IMG/VR virus record: IMGVR_UViG_3300031521_000018
Coordinates: 1 to 64,000 of that record
Direction: 5' to 3' (one strand)
DNA from: an uncultured virus (IMG/VR IMGVR_UViG_3300031521_000018)
Taxonomy: Duplodnaviria > Heunggongvirae > Uroviricota > Caudoviricetes
Length of the DNA stretch: 64,000 bases
Shown: positions 50,862 through 59,987 of the stretch, one piece after another
Layout: each line of letters opens with the position of its first letter
Numbering within the stretch: position 1 is the stretch's first letter
Translations under genes and position numbers: made by a program
The notes under the pieces: model-generated
Database searches by the model: none
The model's input: only the letters and a program-made list of their open reading frames with translations
Told to the model about the DNA's origin: nothing

Positions 50862-51009
50862 AAAATATGCTTCATTTTATTATTTACATCGGTGCATGAT
50901 GCTTATGTCAATATTCTAAATATTTTTACTTATTTCAATACAATCCATAGCATATCTTATCGTTTTCGTTTGCAAAACAACTTCATAATCACTTATTGCT
51001 TCATGAAAT

Positions 51010-51135
51010 GAATCAGTTGATTGGGGTAATGAAGTGATATCTTCGAAAAGAACTAAACAAAGTGGTGACTGCAAAGCAGGCATAGTTCATAAGAAGGTAT
51101 TATTAATTTTTACCCCAATCATATACAATTGGTGA
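51010..51135 (+). ncRNA. Candidate structured RNA (long bulged rod)
   Basis: Nested stems TGATTGGGGTAA/TTACCCCAATCA, GTGATATCTTC/GAAGGTATTAT, GAACTA/TAGTTC and CTGC-AAA-GCAG. G-U pairs favour the + strand. Confidence 0.45.
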
Positions 51136-51268
51136 TTTGATTTAGATGTTATATAACTTATAATGATTGCTGTCAATGTGCTGTCATCTATGTCAACAGT
51201 TATCACATGTGAATACAGATATAGAATTTGTGTTCACTCATATTACAAAAAATATATGAATTTTCCAT

Positions 51269-51284
51269 TGTTTCACGTGAAACA
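51269..51284. promoter_or_regulatory. parS: parS site (bacterial chromosomal ParB consensus)
   Basis: Exact TGTTTCACGTGAAACA inside a 28-bp perfect palindrome at 51263-51290. Confidence 0.8.
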
Positions 51285-51316
51285 ATGGAATAAAAATTTA
51301 AATAAACAATTATTGC

Positions 51317-53065
51317 CTATTTATTGAAAAGCAAATCAAATCCTACATTATTTTGTAAGAAATTAGTTCCGCTCTTTTTATTAAAAAACTTTGATATAAA
51401 AATTTCTTGACTATTTTCAGACCTTACTGACTCGCAATCTTTCGTACTGTACATTATCGTAACTGAACTTTTGCCAAGAAATTTGTATAACATGTAATCT
51501 TCTACATGTGTTCCATTTATGAAATTTCTGTAATATGTATTCTTTGTGGATTTATACACCTCAAAATGAACATCTTTGAAATTTACATAAATATAACATG
51601 TTCTATTGTTAAATCTAACTTTAAAATGTTCTATCCTGTTCCCTAATTTTTGTAATTTTTGTAATTTTTCCTTTAACTCTTTGAAAGGATTACCTAATAG
51701 AGAAATGTTTAACAATTTATTGTTTCCGTATTTCTTTTTTATTTTTTTACCTATTTGCCAAGTTGTACTAACATGATTTAATATATCATATTCATTTTTC
51801 GGCTTAAGATAAAGATTATTGTTGTGTATATAATAATTTCCTCTAGGTTTAATAAATGATTTAACATTTTCTTCAACCAATATACTGTCAAAGTGATTTT
51901 TAAATATCAATTTTGACTTAACCATTTCATTTATTAAATCAACAGTTTTTGATCTACTTAATTTACAACACGATGAAAGTTCTGTATAAGATATACTTTT
52001 ATTTTCATGTTGTACAGCGTACATTATTCTAGTTTCAGCTAATTTTCGTTTTATTGAATGGTATGGGTTTGATTTTATAAAATCTAAATCAAGCTTGTAG
52101 CTTATTTCGGGTGTTATCAATAAATCCTTTACTATTGAATAATTTGATAACTGTAACCATTCATACTGATTTATAGTTTGCTTATTGTGTTCCTGTGTTG
52201 GTATTCTATCTTTTAATTGGCTTATATTTGGTCTAAAGGAATTTATTTTTATAGTCATATTGTTATCAAAGCTCAACATGCTTTTTAGATTGTTGAATTT
52301 TGATAACTTATCACAAAATTTTTTGTTTGATACCCTAAAAATTTTGTACCTGTTTATTTTTTGTATGTTTTTCCTTTCGATATTTTTATTCCTGTACTCA
52401 CCGAAATTATCAACATTCATATTATCGAATGTTGATAATAATATGTTAAATTGTTTCTTTATGTATGGCTCTAAGAACGACATTTTACGTTTTAATACTA
52501 TATCTGATTTAAGATAAAGCATTAAATTCTCAACGGATTGTAAAATTGTTTGTAAAGATTTATAATCCGTTTCTAACGAGAAAGATTTTTGTGATAACTT
52601 ATCAAACGTATTCAAATATAGGCTAGCTCTAGTATGTCTTTTCAATATTACTTTAGCAACACAAAAAGAATTATGTAAAAATTCTTTATAATTTGATATG
52701 TTGAAAGCTATTGAGCTATATTTTGTTAAAAAATCATTTAAAATTAATATATCATCTCCGCTTGATAAGTTATAAGAAATTAAAAAAGGCTTTACATAAT
52801 CAATCATAACAGACCTATAATCATCTATCATGCTATAATCATCTATCATCTGATTCTTTGATAAAAAATGATAATCAAATGCTTTGTTTATTAGTTTTAA
52901 TAGTGTAGGTTGATTGTATTGTAATTTTGATTGAAGTCTCGGCAAATCGTAAATTGAAAATATACCACTTTCGAATTCAGCTTTGAGTCTTAATATGAAT
53001 ATAAACAGATCATCCTCCAAATCTTTGTTTACTATATAACTTCTTGGTATTGATATTATACTCAT
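51317..53065 (-). CDS. Large basic protein with a winged HTH (possible replication initiator/regulator)
   Basis: 582 aa, Lys-rich; HTH-like SISYTELSSCCKLSRSKTVDLINEMVKSKLIF; flanked by the two longest intergenic regions. Confidence 0.45.
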   Translation of the reverse strand: MSIISIPRSYIVNKDLEDDLFIFILRLKAEFESGIFSIYDLPRLQSKLQYNQPTLLKLINKAFDYHFLSKNQMIDDYSMIDDYRSVMIDYVKPFLISYNLSSGDDILILNDFLTKYSSIAFNISNYKEFLHNSFCVAKVILKRHTRASLYLNTFDKLSQKSFSLETDYKSLQTILQSVENLMLYLKSDIVLKRKMSFLEPYIKKQFNILLSTFDNMNVDNFGEYRNKNIERKNIQKINRYKIFRVSNKKFCDKLSKFNNLKSMLSFDNNMTIKINSFRPNISQLKDRIPTQEHNKQTINQYEWLQLSNYSIVKDLLITPEISYKLDLDFIKSNPYHSIKRKLAETRIMYAVQHENKSISYTELSSCCKLSRSKTVDLINEMVKSKLIFKNHFDSILVEENVKSFIKPRGNYYIHNNNLYLKPKNEYDILNHVSTTWQIGKKIKKKYGNNKLLNISLLGNPFKELKEKLQKLQKLGNRIEHFKVRFNNRTCYIYVNFKDVHFEVYKSTKNTYYRNFINGTHVEDYMLYKFLGKSSVTIMYSTKDCESVRSENSQEIFISKFFNKKSGTNFLQNNVGFDLLFNK

Positions 53066-53427
53066 ATTTTTATTTGTGTTCCTGTTTATTTATATTTTTC
53101 AGTAAAAACATCCACACTATTATTAATATTCCAATCATACCTATATTTTCAAATTAAATTGACCATATAATAACAAATATACAACTAATATATTAAATAC
53201 AACTACTTTTGATAATGTATACTATTACAAAATATAAAGTGAAAAAGGCTTTTAGGTACATGATAATATATTGAACTGACCAATGAGTAACAAATTTTAA
53301 TAGGTATATGAAACAATGCATTTGGAATATCAAAAAACTTATTAGCTGATACTTTCTATAATATGTAAATAACCTGAACTCTGTAAATTAAAAAATATTA
53401 ATAAGCTAATTTTAAATTTTTAAACAA

Positions 53428-55437
53428 ATGATTAACCCCGACAAATTATTATCAGATATTGTTGTTTTCACAAAATATTCTAGAACAACCGAAAATGTAG
53501 ATGGAACTAAAAGAAAAATGAATTGGGATGAAATAGTTGATGAATACCTAAAAATGATGGTACGCAAATACCCACATATTGAAGATGAAATACTTACAAA
53601 TGGAGAATACATCAAAAATAAAAAGGTATTTCCGTCTATGCGGGCATTACAATATGCTGGTATTCCCATAGAAAACAATCACGCTAGAATGTATAATTGT
53701 TCGGGCATAGAACTTGATGATATTAAAGTCTTTTCAGAGGTAATGTTTTTATCACTTTCGGGTTGTGGTGTTGGTGTTTCATTAAAGAAAAGGTGTATAA
53801 GTAAATTACCACCTGTAATACAACCTGCACAAGCAAAAAAATTCAGAATTTCTGACAATATAGAGGGTTGGGCTGATGCAATTCGTATGTTGGTGTATTC
53901 TTATTTTAGGGGCACAAATTATCCTACATTTGATTTTTCAGACATACGTAAAAAAGGTACTGAAATTAAAAAATTGCAATGTTTAGCTCCTGGTAGTTCA
54001 AGATTAAAGCAAGCTATAAGGGAAATTGACAAAATACTTAAAAATGCAATAGGAAGACAGCTAACATCAATAGAATGCTTGGACATTATAACTATTATTG
54101 CGGGTGCTGTTGTTTCGGGTGGAATACGTTCTGCAGCTATTATAATATTTGCTGATAAAGATGATTTGGATATAATTAATGCCAAGGGTATTGTACAATT
54201 CAAATCACATAAAATGATACTTACAGGTGACGATGGTTATAACGTTTATGAAATTACTACAAAAGATAATCTTACTCATATAGTAAAATTTCCATCTGAT
54301 AGTGTTAATGACATTGCAATGTTAAGACATAATCAGATTCAATGGTATCATGTTTACCCACACAGAGCAATGTCTAATAATTCAGTTTCTGAAACATATG
54401 ATAATATTACAGAAGATGAATTTAAGATTATAATGAGAAAATCAATATCAAACGGAACGGGAGAGCCAGGAATTTTATTTACTAATTCCGAAGATTTACT
54501 TTCAAATCCATGTGGTGAGATTGTCTTTGAGTCAGAATCGTTCTGTAATTTAACTACTATTAACGCCTATGATATTGATGATCAAGAGGATTTCAACAAC
54601 CGTTCTAGGATGTCTGCTTTTTTTGGAACTTTACAAGCGGGATTTACTGATTTTCATTATATCAGATATTCTTGGAAAGAGAAAGCACAAAGACAAGCAC
54701 TTCTTGGTGTTTCAATTACAGGTATAGCGGGTAGGAAAATTGATAATTTAGATGAAAGTTGGGCTGCAAAATGTGCAATAAATGAAAATGAAAGAGTAGC
54801 CAATTTGATTGGTATAAATAAAGCCGATAGAGTTACATGTATTAAACCTGAGGGTACTACAACGTTGGTAGCTGAGGCATTTGGTGCGGGTGTACATTCA
54901 GCATTTTCTGATAGATATATTAGAAGATTAAGGATACAAAAAGATCAACCTATTGCAGCATATTTAAAATCAATAATGCCTGATTTTATTGAGGATGATG
55001 TAATGGACTCCTCTAAATTGGTGCTTTCTCTTCCTCTAAAAAGTGCCGATGGCTGTATTACGGAAATGGAATCGCCTATTGAACTTCTTGAACGTATAAA
55101 AAGATATAATGTTAATTGGATACGTAATGGTCATAGAGTTGGTAAATCCTATAATAATGTTTCAGCAACGATACATGTTGATAACGAAGATGTAGAGGAG
55201 GTAATCGATTGGATTTGGAAAAACAGGTTTGAATGTGCAGGATTAACGTTATTACCTAAAACTAATAATTCTTATAGGCAAATGCCATTTGAAAAAATAG
55301 ACGAAGCACACTATGAATATATGATGTCCATGATGCCCGAAAAAGTTGATTTATCATTGGTAAACGTTTCAATAAATAAGGAAACAACACGTGAGGCAGC
55401 TTGTGCGGGTGGTAGTTGTGAAGTACATTCAGTTTAA
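53428..55437 (+). CDS. nrdJ: Class II (adenosylcobalamin-dependent) ribonucleotide reductase, monomeric NrdJ-like
   Basis: PSMRALQYAG, YNCS, SGGIRSAA, GEPG, catalytic NPCGEI, CNLT, TCIKPEGT and C-terminal CAGGSCE; no class I tyrosine pair. Confidence 0.85.
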   Translation: MINPDKLLSDIVVFTKYSRTTENVDGTKRKMNWDEIVDEYLKMMVRKYPHIEDEILTNGEYIKNKKVFPSMRALQYAGIPIENNHARMYNCSGIELDDIKVFSEVMFLSLSGCGVGVSLKKRCISKLPPVIQPAQAKKFRISDNIEGWADAIRMLVYSYFRGTNYPTFDFSDIRKKGTEIKKLQCLAPGSSRLKQAIREIDKILKNAIGRQLTSIECLDIITIIAGAVVSGGIRSAAIIIFADKDDLDIINAKGIVQFKSHKMILTGDDGYNVYEITTKDNLTHIVKFPSDSVNDIAMLRHNQIQWYHVYPHRAMSNNSVSETYDNITEDEFKIIMRKSISNGTGEPGILFTNSEDLLSNPCGEIVFESESFCNLTTINAYDIDDQEDFNNRSRMSAFFGTLQAGFTDFHYIRYSWKEKAQRQALLGVSITGIAGRKIDNLDESWAAKCAINENERVANLIGINKADRVTCIKPEGTTTLVAEAFGAGVHSAFSDRYIRRLRIQKDQPIAAYLKSIMPDFIEDDVMDSSKLVLSLPLKSADGCITEMESPIELLERIKRYNVNWIRNGHRVGKSYNNVSATIHVDNEDVEEVIDWIWKNRFECAGLTLLPKTNNSYRQMPFEKIDEAHYEYMMSMMPEKVDLSLVNVSINKETTREAACAGGSCEVHSV

Positions 55438-55449
55438 TTTTATACAGAT

Positions 55450-55845
55450 ATGGCAAAAGAGATAACGGGTAATGAAACACCTGAGGAATTGATTCAATAC
55501 GACAAAAAAATTTTACAGACTATAAACACTGTAGAATTTTTAGGTGAATCGGTATTCAACAATCAATCAGGAAACTCCATTTATTTGGGTAATTTTTTAA
55601 TAAACGTTGATGGTAATGTTGACAAATCAACCATAACATTAAAACCTGATGCATCCATTACAATGTCATGTGATAATGTTTGTATGTTCATAAAAGATTC
55701 TAAAATAATATTATTGGAAAAAATTGAACCCACACAAGAAGTGTTTAATGCACAGCACTTGGTATTTACAAGTGGTGATATAAAAATAACCAACAATAAT
55801 GTCACCAATGTCGTTGTTGATTTTTTATTATATAAAGTAAAGTAA
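55450..55845 (+). CDS. Hypothetical beta-rich protein
   Basis: 131-aa ORF. Confidence 0.6.
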   Translation: MAKEITGNETPEELIQYDKKILQTINTVEFLGESVFNNQSGNSIYLGNFLINVDGNVDKSTITLKPDASITMSCDNVCMFIKDSKIILLEKIEPTQEVFNAQHLVFTSGDIKITNNNVTNVVVDFLLYKVK

Positions 55846-55863
55846 AAAATATTACATAAACTT

Positions 55864-55893
55864 ATTAGGCTGTAGAAACTTCTACAGCCTAAT
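55864..55893 (+). terminator. Hairpin terminator
   Basis: ATTAGGCTGTAGAA-AC-TTCTACAGCCTAAT. Confidence 0.55.
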
Positions 55894-55944
55894 CTGTGTT
55901 AGACAACTAAGGACTAATATAAATATAAAAATGAAAATTGATAT

Positions 55945-56058
55945 ATGAAAGCTTATAAATTAGTTGAATATAAAGACAGCAAAGAAGGTAAACAGGAAAT
56001 TAAGCACAGAGACACCTGTAGAAAGAATAAGGCTAAACGAAAAAATAAAATCAAATGA
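55945..56058 (+). CDS. 37-aa basic peptide coupled to the Rad50-like gene
   Basis: MKAYKLVEYKDSKEGKQEIKHRDTCRKNKAKRKNKIK*; ATGA overlap with the next start. Confidence 0.4.
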   Translation: MKAYKLVEYKDSKEGKQEIKHRDTCRKNKAKRKNKIK

Positions 56059-58802
56059 AAATAAAATCACTTACCCTGCAGAATGTAATGTTGTTTGGAA
56101 ATAACAAACAATTTATTGACTTTGAAAATTTATCCAATAATAACCAACCAACAATGAACATATTGTTGGGTAAAAATGGTAGTGGCAAATCATCATTGAT
56201 CAATTGCCTTAAATTAGGAATGTATTTTGATAAAGTTCCAATTAACGTATCAGAAATTTCAAATGATATAAATGGTAATGGTTATATCAAGGTGGAACTT
56301 GAATCGTTTAATAGTGTGTGGTCTATTGAGAGTAATTACACTAAATCATCCATGAAATCCATAATCATTACAAAAGATAATGTGATTTTGGATACAGGCA
56401 AGCTACCTGAAACCAAAAAATATATATATGAAAATATTTTAGATATTGAATACCATATATTTTCAAATATTGTATCGCTTTCAATGGCTGATTTTAAAAG
56501 CTTTATAGCAATGTCCGCCAAAGACACTAGACTTATCCGTGACAGAATATTCGGGTTCTATATTTTAAATGAAATGAATGAACAGAATAAAGTTGGAATC
56601 AAAAAATATGTAGATAAGTTAACGGAAAATACTATAAAAAAAGATTTCATAGAAAGCGAAATTGAAAAATTGAAAAATAGTTTAGATAGTGATGAAAGAA
56701 TATCAGAGCTTGAACAGGAAATAAAAATACTTGAAGAAGGAAATAAAATAAAAACTGAAATATCCAACAATAAAATTGTTTGTATAGAGGAATGTCAAAA
56801 AGAATATGATATAGCTCTTAAATATATTGAATACTCTACAAATGAACAGGCAAAAATAGCTATAAAATCTGAGGAACTTGAACTTGAAAAAGTTAAAGTC
56901 AATATAGATAGCCTCAGAAAATCAGAAAAAAAGAATTCGGAAGAAATAGATAATATTATTTCAGACATTCAGACATATTACAAGAAAAATTCTCTTAAGC
57001 AATATAATGACTACTTGTCGTTGTTATCAGAACTCAACTATAAGTCTTCTGAACAATCAAAAAAAGCTATAAAAATACGGGATGAATATAATCTCTTAGT
57101 ACAAAATAAATTGTATAATGATTTCAATAATATTATTGAAAAATCTATTGAGGATTTCAATAATATAAAAGAAACAAGGAATCAATATACAAGAGAGCTA
57201 AGCCTTAAAAATGAACTTTCAAAGCAATATGATGAACTTATTAATTTGCGTGATGAAGAGCAAATTAATATTAATTCAAAATCAGATAACGTAAAGAATA
57301 ATGAAAGGCTTATAGGTCTTTATAAATCGGGTATGTGTCCAACCTGTGAAACCTCATTCGAGGATGTTGATCATCAGCATAAAATAATTGAACTTGAGGA
57401 GCTTAATGAGAAATTTGGTAGGGAGCTTCCTATTTTAAAAGATTCATTGAAAGTTAAGAATGAAACGATTGTTAAAGTTGGTACTGATATAGATACAGCC
57501 AAAAGAAAAATGATTGAATTTAAATTAAAACTTAAATCAAATTTTAATCCTGTATCAGAAATTATCTTTAATACGCAACTTGCTAGCATAACAACAGACG
57601 AGGTAATTGAAACACTCACAAATTGGTATAAGCTGCTTAATACATATTTGGTAACTGAAAATATGATAAAATTTGGTAAAGATGATGAAATGCTTGCTAA
57701 TATGAAAGTAAAAATTTCTGAGGTATCTGAAAACATTGATGTTAAAAAACAAGAACTTGATAATATAAGCAAAGAATATAACGAAACCACATCAAAACAA
57801 AGAATATATCAAGGAGAGGTTGATAAATTTGATAAAACCAAATCAACTGAAATCAACCAACTTAAATATGGTCTTGTTGATATTACTGACAATAATGTTG
57901 CCGCAACAGAGAATAGACTTAAAGAACTTAAAGAGAAATCTATTTCAAAATTAATTGAATCTGAATCTGAACGCAAAGTAAATATAGAAAAAGATATAGA
58001 AAACCTGAAAAATCGCTTATCCAATGACGAAACACAATTTGAACAATGCATAACAAAATTTGACTCATTAGATACTGCTCAGATCAAACTGAAAGAATTG
58101 GAACTTAAATCTGAAATGGTTGCTAAAGAGAATAAAGAAATTAACAACGAAATAAATCAAAATCTTCAAACCATAAACAATAATAAGCTAATTATAACCA
58201 ACAATAAGGATTTAATGAAAGTTAAATTAATAGAATACAATAAACAGGTTGAAAATATTTTAAAGGAATATAATACCACCAATACAATATTGCTATTCTT
58301 AAAATTAATTGAATACTCACTTTCTGACAAAGGAATAAAAAGCTTTATAATTGGTAAAATTATACCATACATTAATCAATCCGTTAATCGTATACTTAAT
58401 CAATTTGATTTGCCTTTGGCTATAAAGTTTGATGATGAATTCAAACCCGCTATATACAGATTTGGGAACGATGTTTCATACAGAACGATATCTCTAGGTC
58501 AATCCAAAATGATTGATTATTCAATCATTATCACAATAATCAAATTTATTAAAAACAAATGCACAAATCTTAATGTTGTTTTCCTTGATGAAATATTTTC
58601 TTCATTACATGTTTCAATGTTACCAATAATACTTGAAATAACCAAAAAAGAAATAGTAGATGGTTTAAATATGGATGTGTTCTTGGTAAATCATTCATTA
58701 ATTAATCCTACATTTTTTGATAATAAAATAGAAATGACTGTGGATAATAATTTTTCTGAAATTAAAATAACAAACATGAGATCAGGTAATGAAAAAGGTT
58801 AA
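56055..58802 (+). CDS. Rad50/SbcC-like recombination ATPase (gp46-like)
   Basis: Walker A GKNGSGKS, long coiled coil, zinc hook CPTC, signature ISLGQ, Walker B VVFLDE and H-loop VNH. Confidence 0.93.
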   Translation: MKIKSLTLQNVMLFGNNKQFIDFENLSNNNQPTMNILLGKNGSGKSSLINCLKLGMYFDKVPINVSEISNDINGNGYIKVELESFNSVWSIESNYTKSSMKSIIITKDNVILDTGKLPETKKYIYENILDIEYHIFSNIVSLSMADFKSFIAMSAKDTRLIRDRIFGFYILNEMNEQNKVGIKKYVDKLTENTIKKDFIESEIEKLKNSLDSDERISELEQEIKILEEGNKIKTEISNNKIVCIEECQKEYDIALKYIEYSTNEQAKIAIKSEELELEKVKVNIDSLRKSEKKNSEEIDNIISDIQTYYKKNSLKQYNDYLSLLSELNYKSSEQSKKAIKIRDEYNLLVQNKLYNDFNNIIEKSIEDFNNIKETRNQYTRELSLKNELSKQYDELINLRDEEQININSKSDNVKNNERLIGLYKSGMCPTCETSFEDVDHQHKIIELEELNEKFGRELPILKDSLKVKNETIVKVGTDIDTAKRKMIEFKLKLKSNFNPVSEIIFNTQLASITTDEVIETLTNWYKLLNTYLVTENMIKFGKDDEMLANMKVKISEVSENIDVKKQELDNISKEYNETTSKQRIYQGEVDKFDKTKSTEINQLKYGLVDITDNNVAATENRLKELKEKSISKLIESESERKVNIEKDIENLKNRLSNDETQFEQCITKFDSLDTAQIKLKELELKSEMVAKENKEINNEINQNLQTINNNKLIITNNKDLMKVKLIEYNKQVENILKEYNTTNTILLFLKLIEYSLSDKGIKSFIIGKIIPYINQSVNRILNQFDLPLAIKFDDEFKPAIYRFGNDVSYRTISLGQSKMIDYSIIITIIKFIKNKCTNLNVVFLDEIFSSLHVSMLPIILEITKKEIVDGLNMDVFLVNHSLINPTFFDNKIEMTVDNNFSEIKITNMRSGNEKG

Positions 58803-58827
58803 AAAACTACTTAAATTTGATAATGAT

Positions 58828-58883
58828 TTGGAAATTGATTTTAGCTTTAGGAATATGTCTATTCCTAAAGCTAAAATTTCCAA
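58828..58883. other. Long hairpin between the Rad50-like and UvsY-like genes
   Basis: ATTTTAGCTTTAGGAATA-TGTC-TATTCCTAAAGCTAAAAT (18-bp stem), extended by TTGGAAA/TTTCCAA. Confidence 0.6.
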
Positions 58884-58939
58884 CATTATACCTGTGAAAA
58901 AAACCACCATTATTGATAATAAAAATAAAAACACCAAAA

Positions 58940-59464
58940 ATGTCGGAATCTTCTGAAAACATATATGACCTCAATAAACCAATTAAAAGCCTCATAAATT
59001 CTAATATATTATCAAATCATATATCTGAAATATCAGTTTTTATTGAAGAAAGGAAGGAACATGATGTTCAAAAAATATCCAAAAACATACAAGACCTTAG
59101 TTATAATTTGAAAAATGTTGTACTTCTATCAAAATCAAAAAACAGGTTTTATTATGATAGACAGACAATCATAATACGGAAACAGTGTATTATTGATGAT
59201 TTAATATGGTTGTCAAAGGATGTGGCTGTTATTAAGGAAAAAGAAATCAAAAAATATAAATTCGGAAACAATCCTGATGGTATAAAGCCATCAAACGATA
59301 CAGAAAGAAAGATATTTTTAGAATCAAATCTTTCACAGTATCAATATTGTATATCACTACTTGAAAATCATATAAATTTTCTAGTTGAAACAATTAAAAA
59401 TATTTCCGATATGACGTTTGGGCATGAATTAGTATTAAAATTAGAAGAATACCAAAAATTATAA
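58940..59464 (+). CDS. Helical protein, possible UvsY-like recombination mediator
   Basis: Likely ATG 58940; NDTERKIFLESNL..LENHINFLVETIKNISDMTF resembles the UvsY C-terminus; near uvsW. Confidence 0.4.
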   Translation: MSESSENIYDLNKPIKSLINSNILSNHISEISVFIEERKEHDVQKISKNIQDLSYNLKNVVLLSKSKNRFYYDRQTIIIRKQCIIDDLIWLSKDVAVIKEKEIKKYKFGNNPDGIKPSNDTERKIFLESNLSQYQYCISLLENHINFLVETIKNISDMTFGHELVLKLEEYQKL

Positions 59465-59467
59465 ATT

Positions 59468-59986
59468 ATGGGAAATTTAATATTTAAGCACATAAAAGAA
59501 ACATTAAAAAAAGAGGCTGCTTTGTGGGAAATATGCATGTCTGTTGTGTTTTTGTGTATTTTTTTGGCAAGCATATCGTGTATTAAAGATGCATTTATGA
59601 GTGCATTTTTATGTGGAATATGTGCATACGTTATCGTCTATAGTATTACTAAAATTATAATAATTTATCTTGACTTAAGGATAGACTATTGGAGGCAACG
59701 TATACATAATCGTGCATGTAGTACATATAAAGAGCTGATTGAATTCAGGAAAGAATATAATATGAAATATATAGAAACTAGGGAGTTTAACGAGGTGTTT
59801 GAACTACTTATAACAAGTAGCAACAAATATATAGTATCTAAAGCATGTGAATACTTTAAAAATTATAAAAGGTTCGGTTGTAAAGACAAAGACAATAAAT
59901 TTATAATTGCATTATTCACATATATTTATGATGTTGAAAGACTTGATGAAAGATACTTGTTTATACACAGAAATAATATAAATTAA
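59468..59986 (+). CDS. Hypothetical membrane protein
   Basis: Two N-terminal hydrophobic helices. Confidence 0.6.
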   Translation: MGNLIFKHIKETLKKEAALWEICMSVVFLCIFLASISCIKDAFMSAFLCGICAYVIVYSITKIIIIYLDLRIDYWRQRIHNRACSTYKELIEFRKEYNMKYIETREFNEVFELLITSSNKYIVSKACEYFKNYKRFGCKDKDNKFIIALFTYIYDVERLDERYLFIHRNNIN

Positions 59987-59987
59987 T

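Noticed and set aside
53066..53427. Cobalamin riboswitch upstream of nrdJ
   Set aside because: No B12-box or GGGAA/GCCACTG-type conserved elements seen.
56336..58372. Multiple short minus-strand ORFs within the Rad50-like gene (and similar antisense ORFs throughout)
   Set aside because: Fully nested antisense to well-supported genes, with Ser/Leu/Phe/Ile-rich shadow composition.
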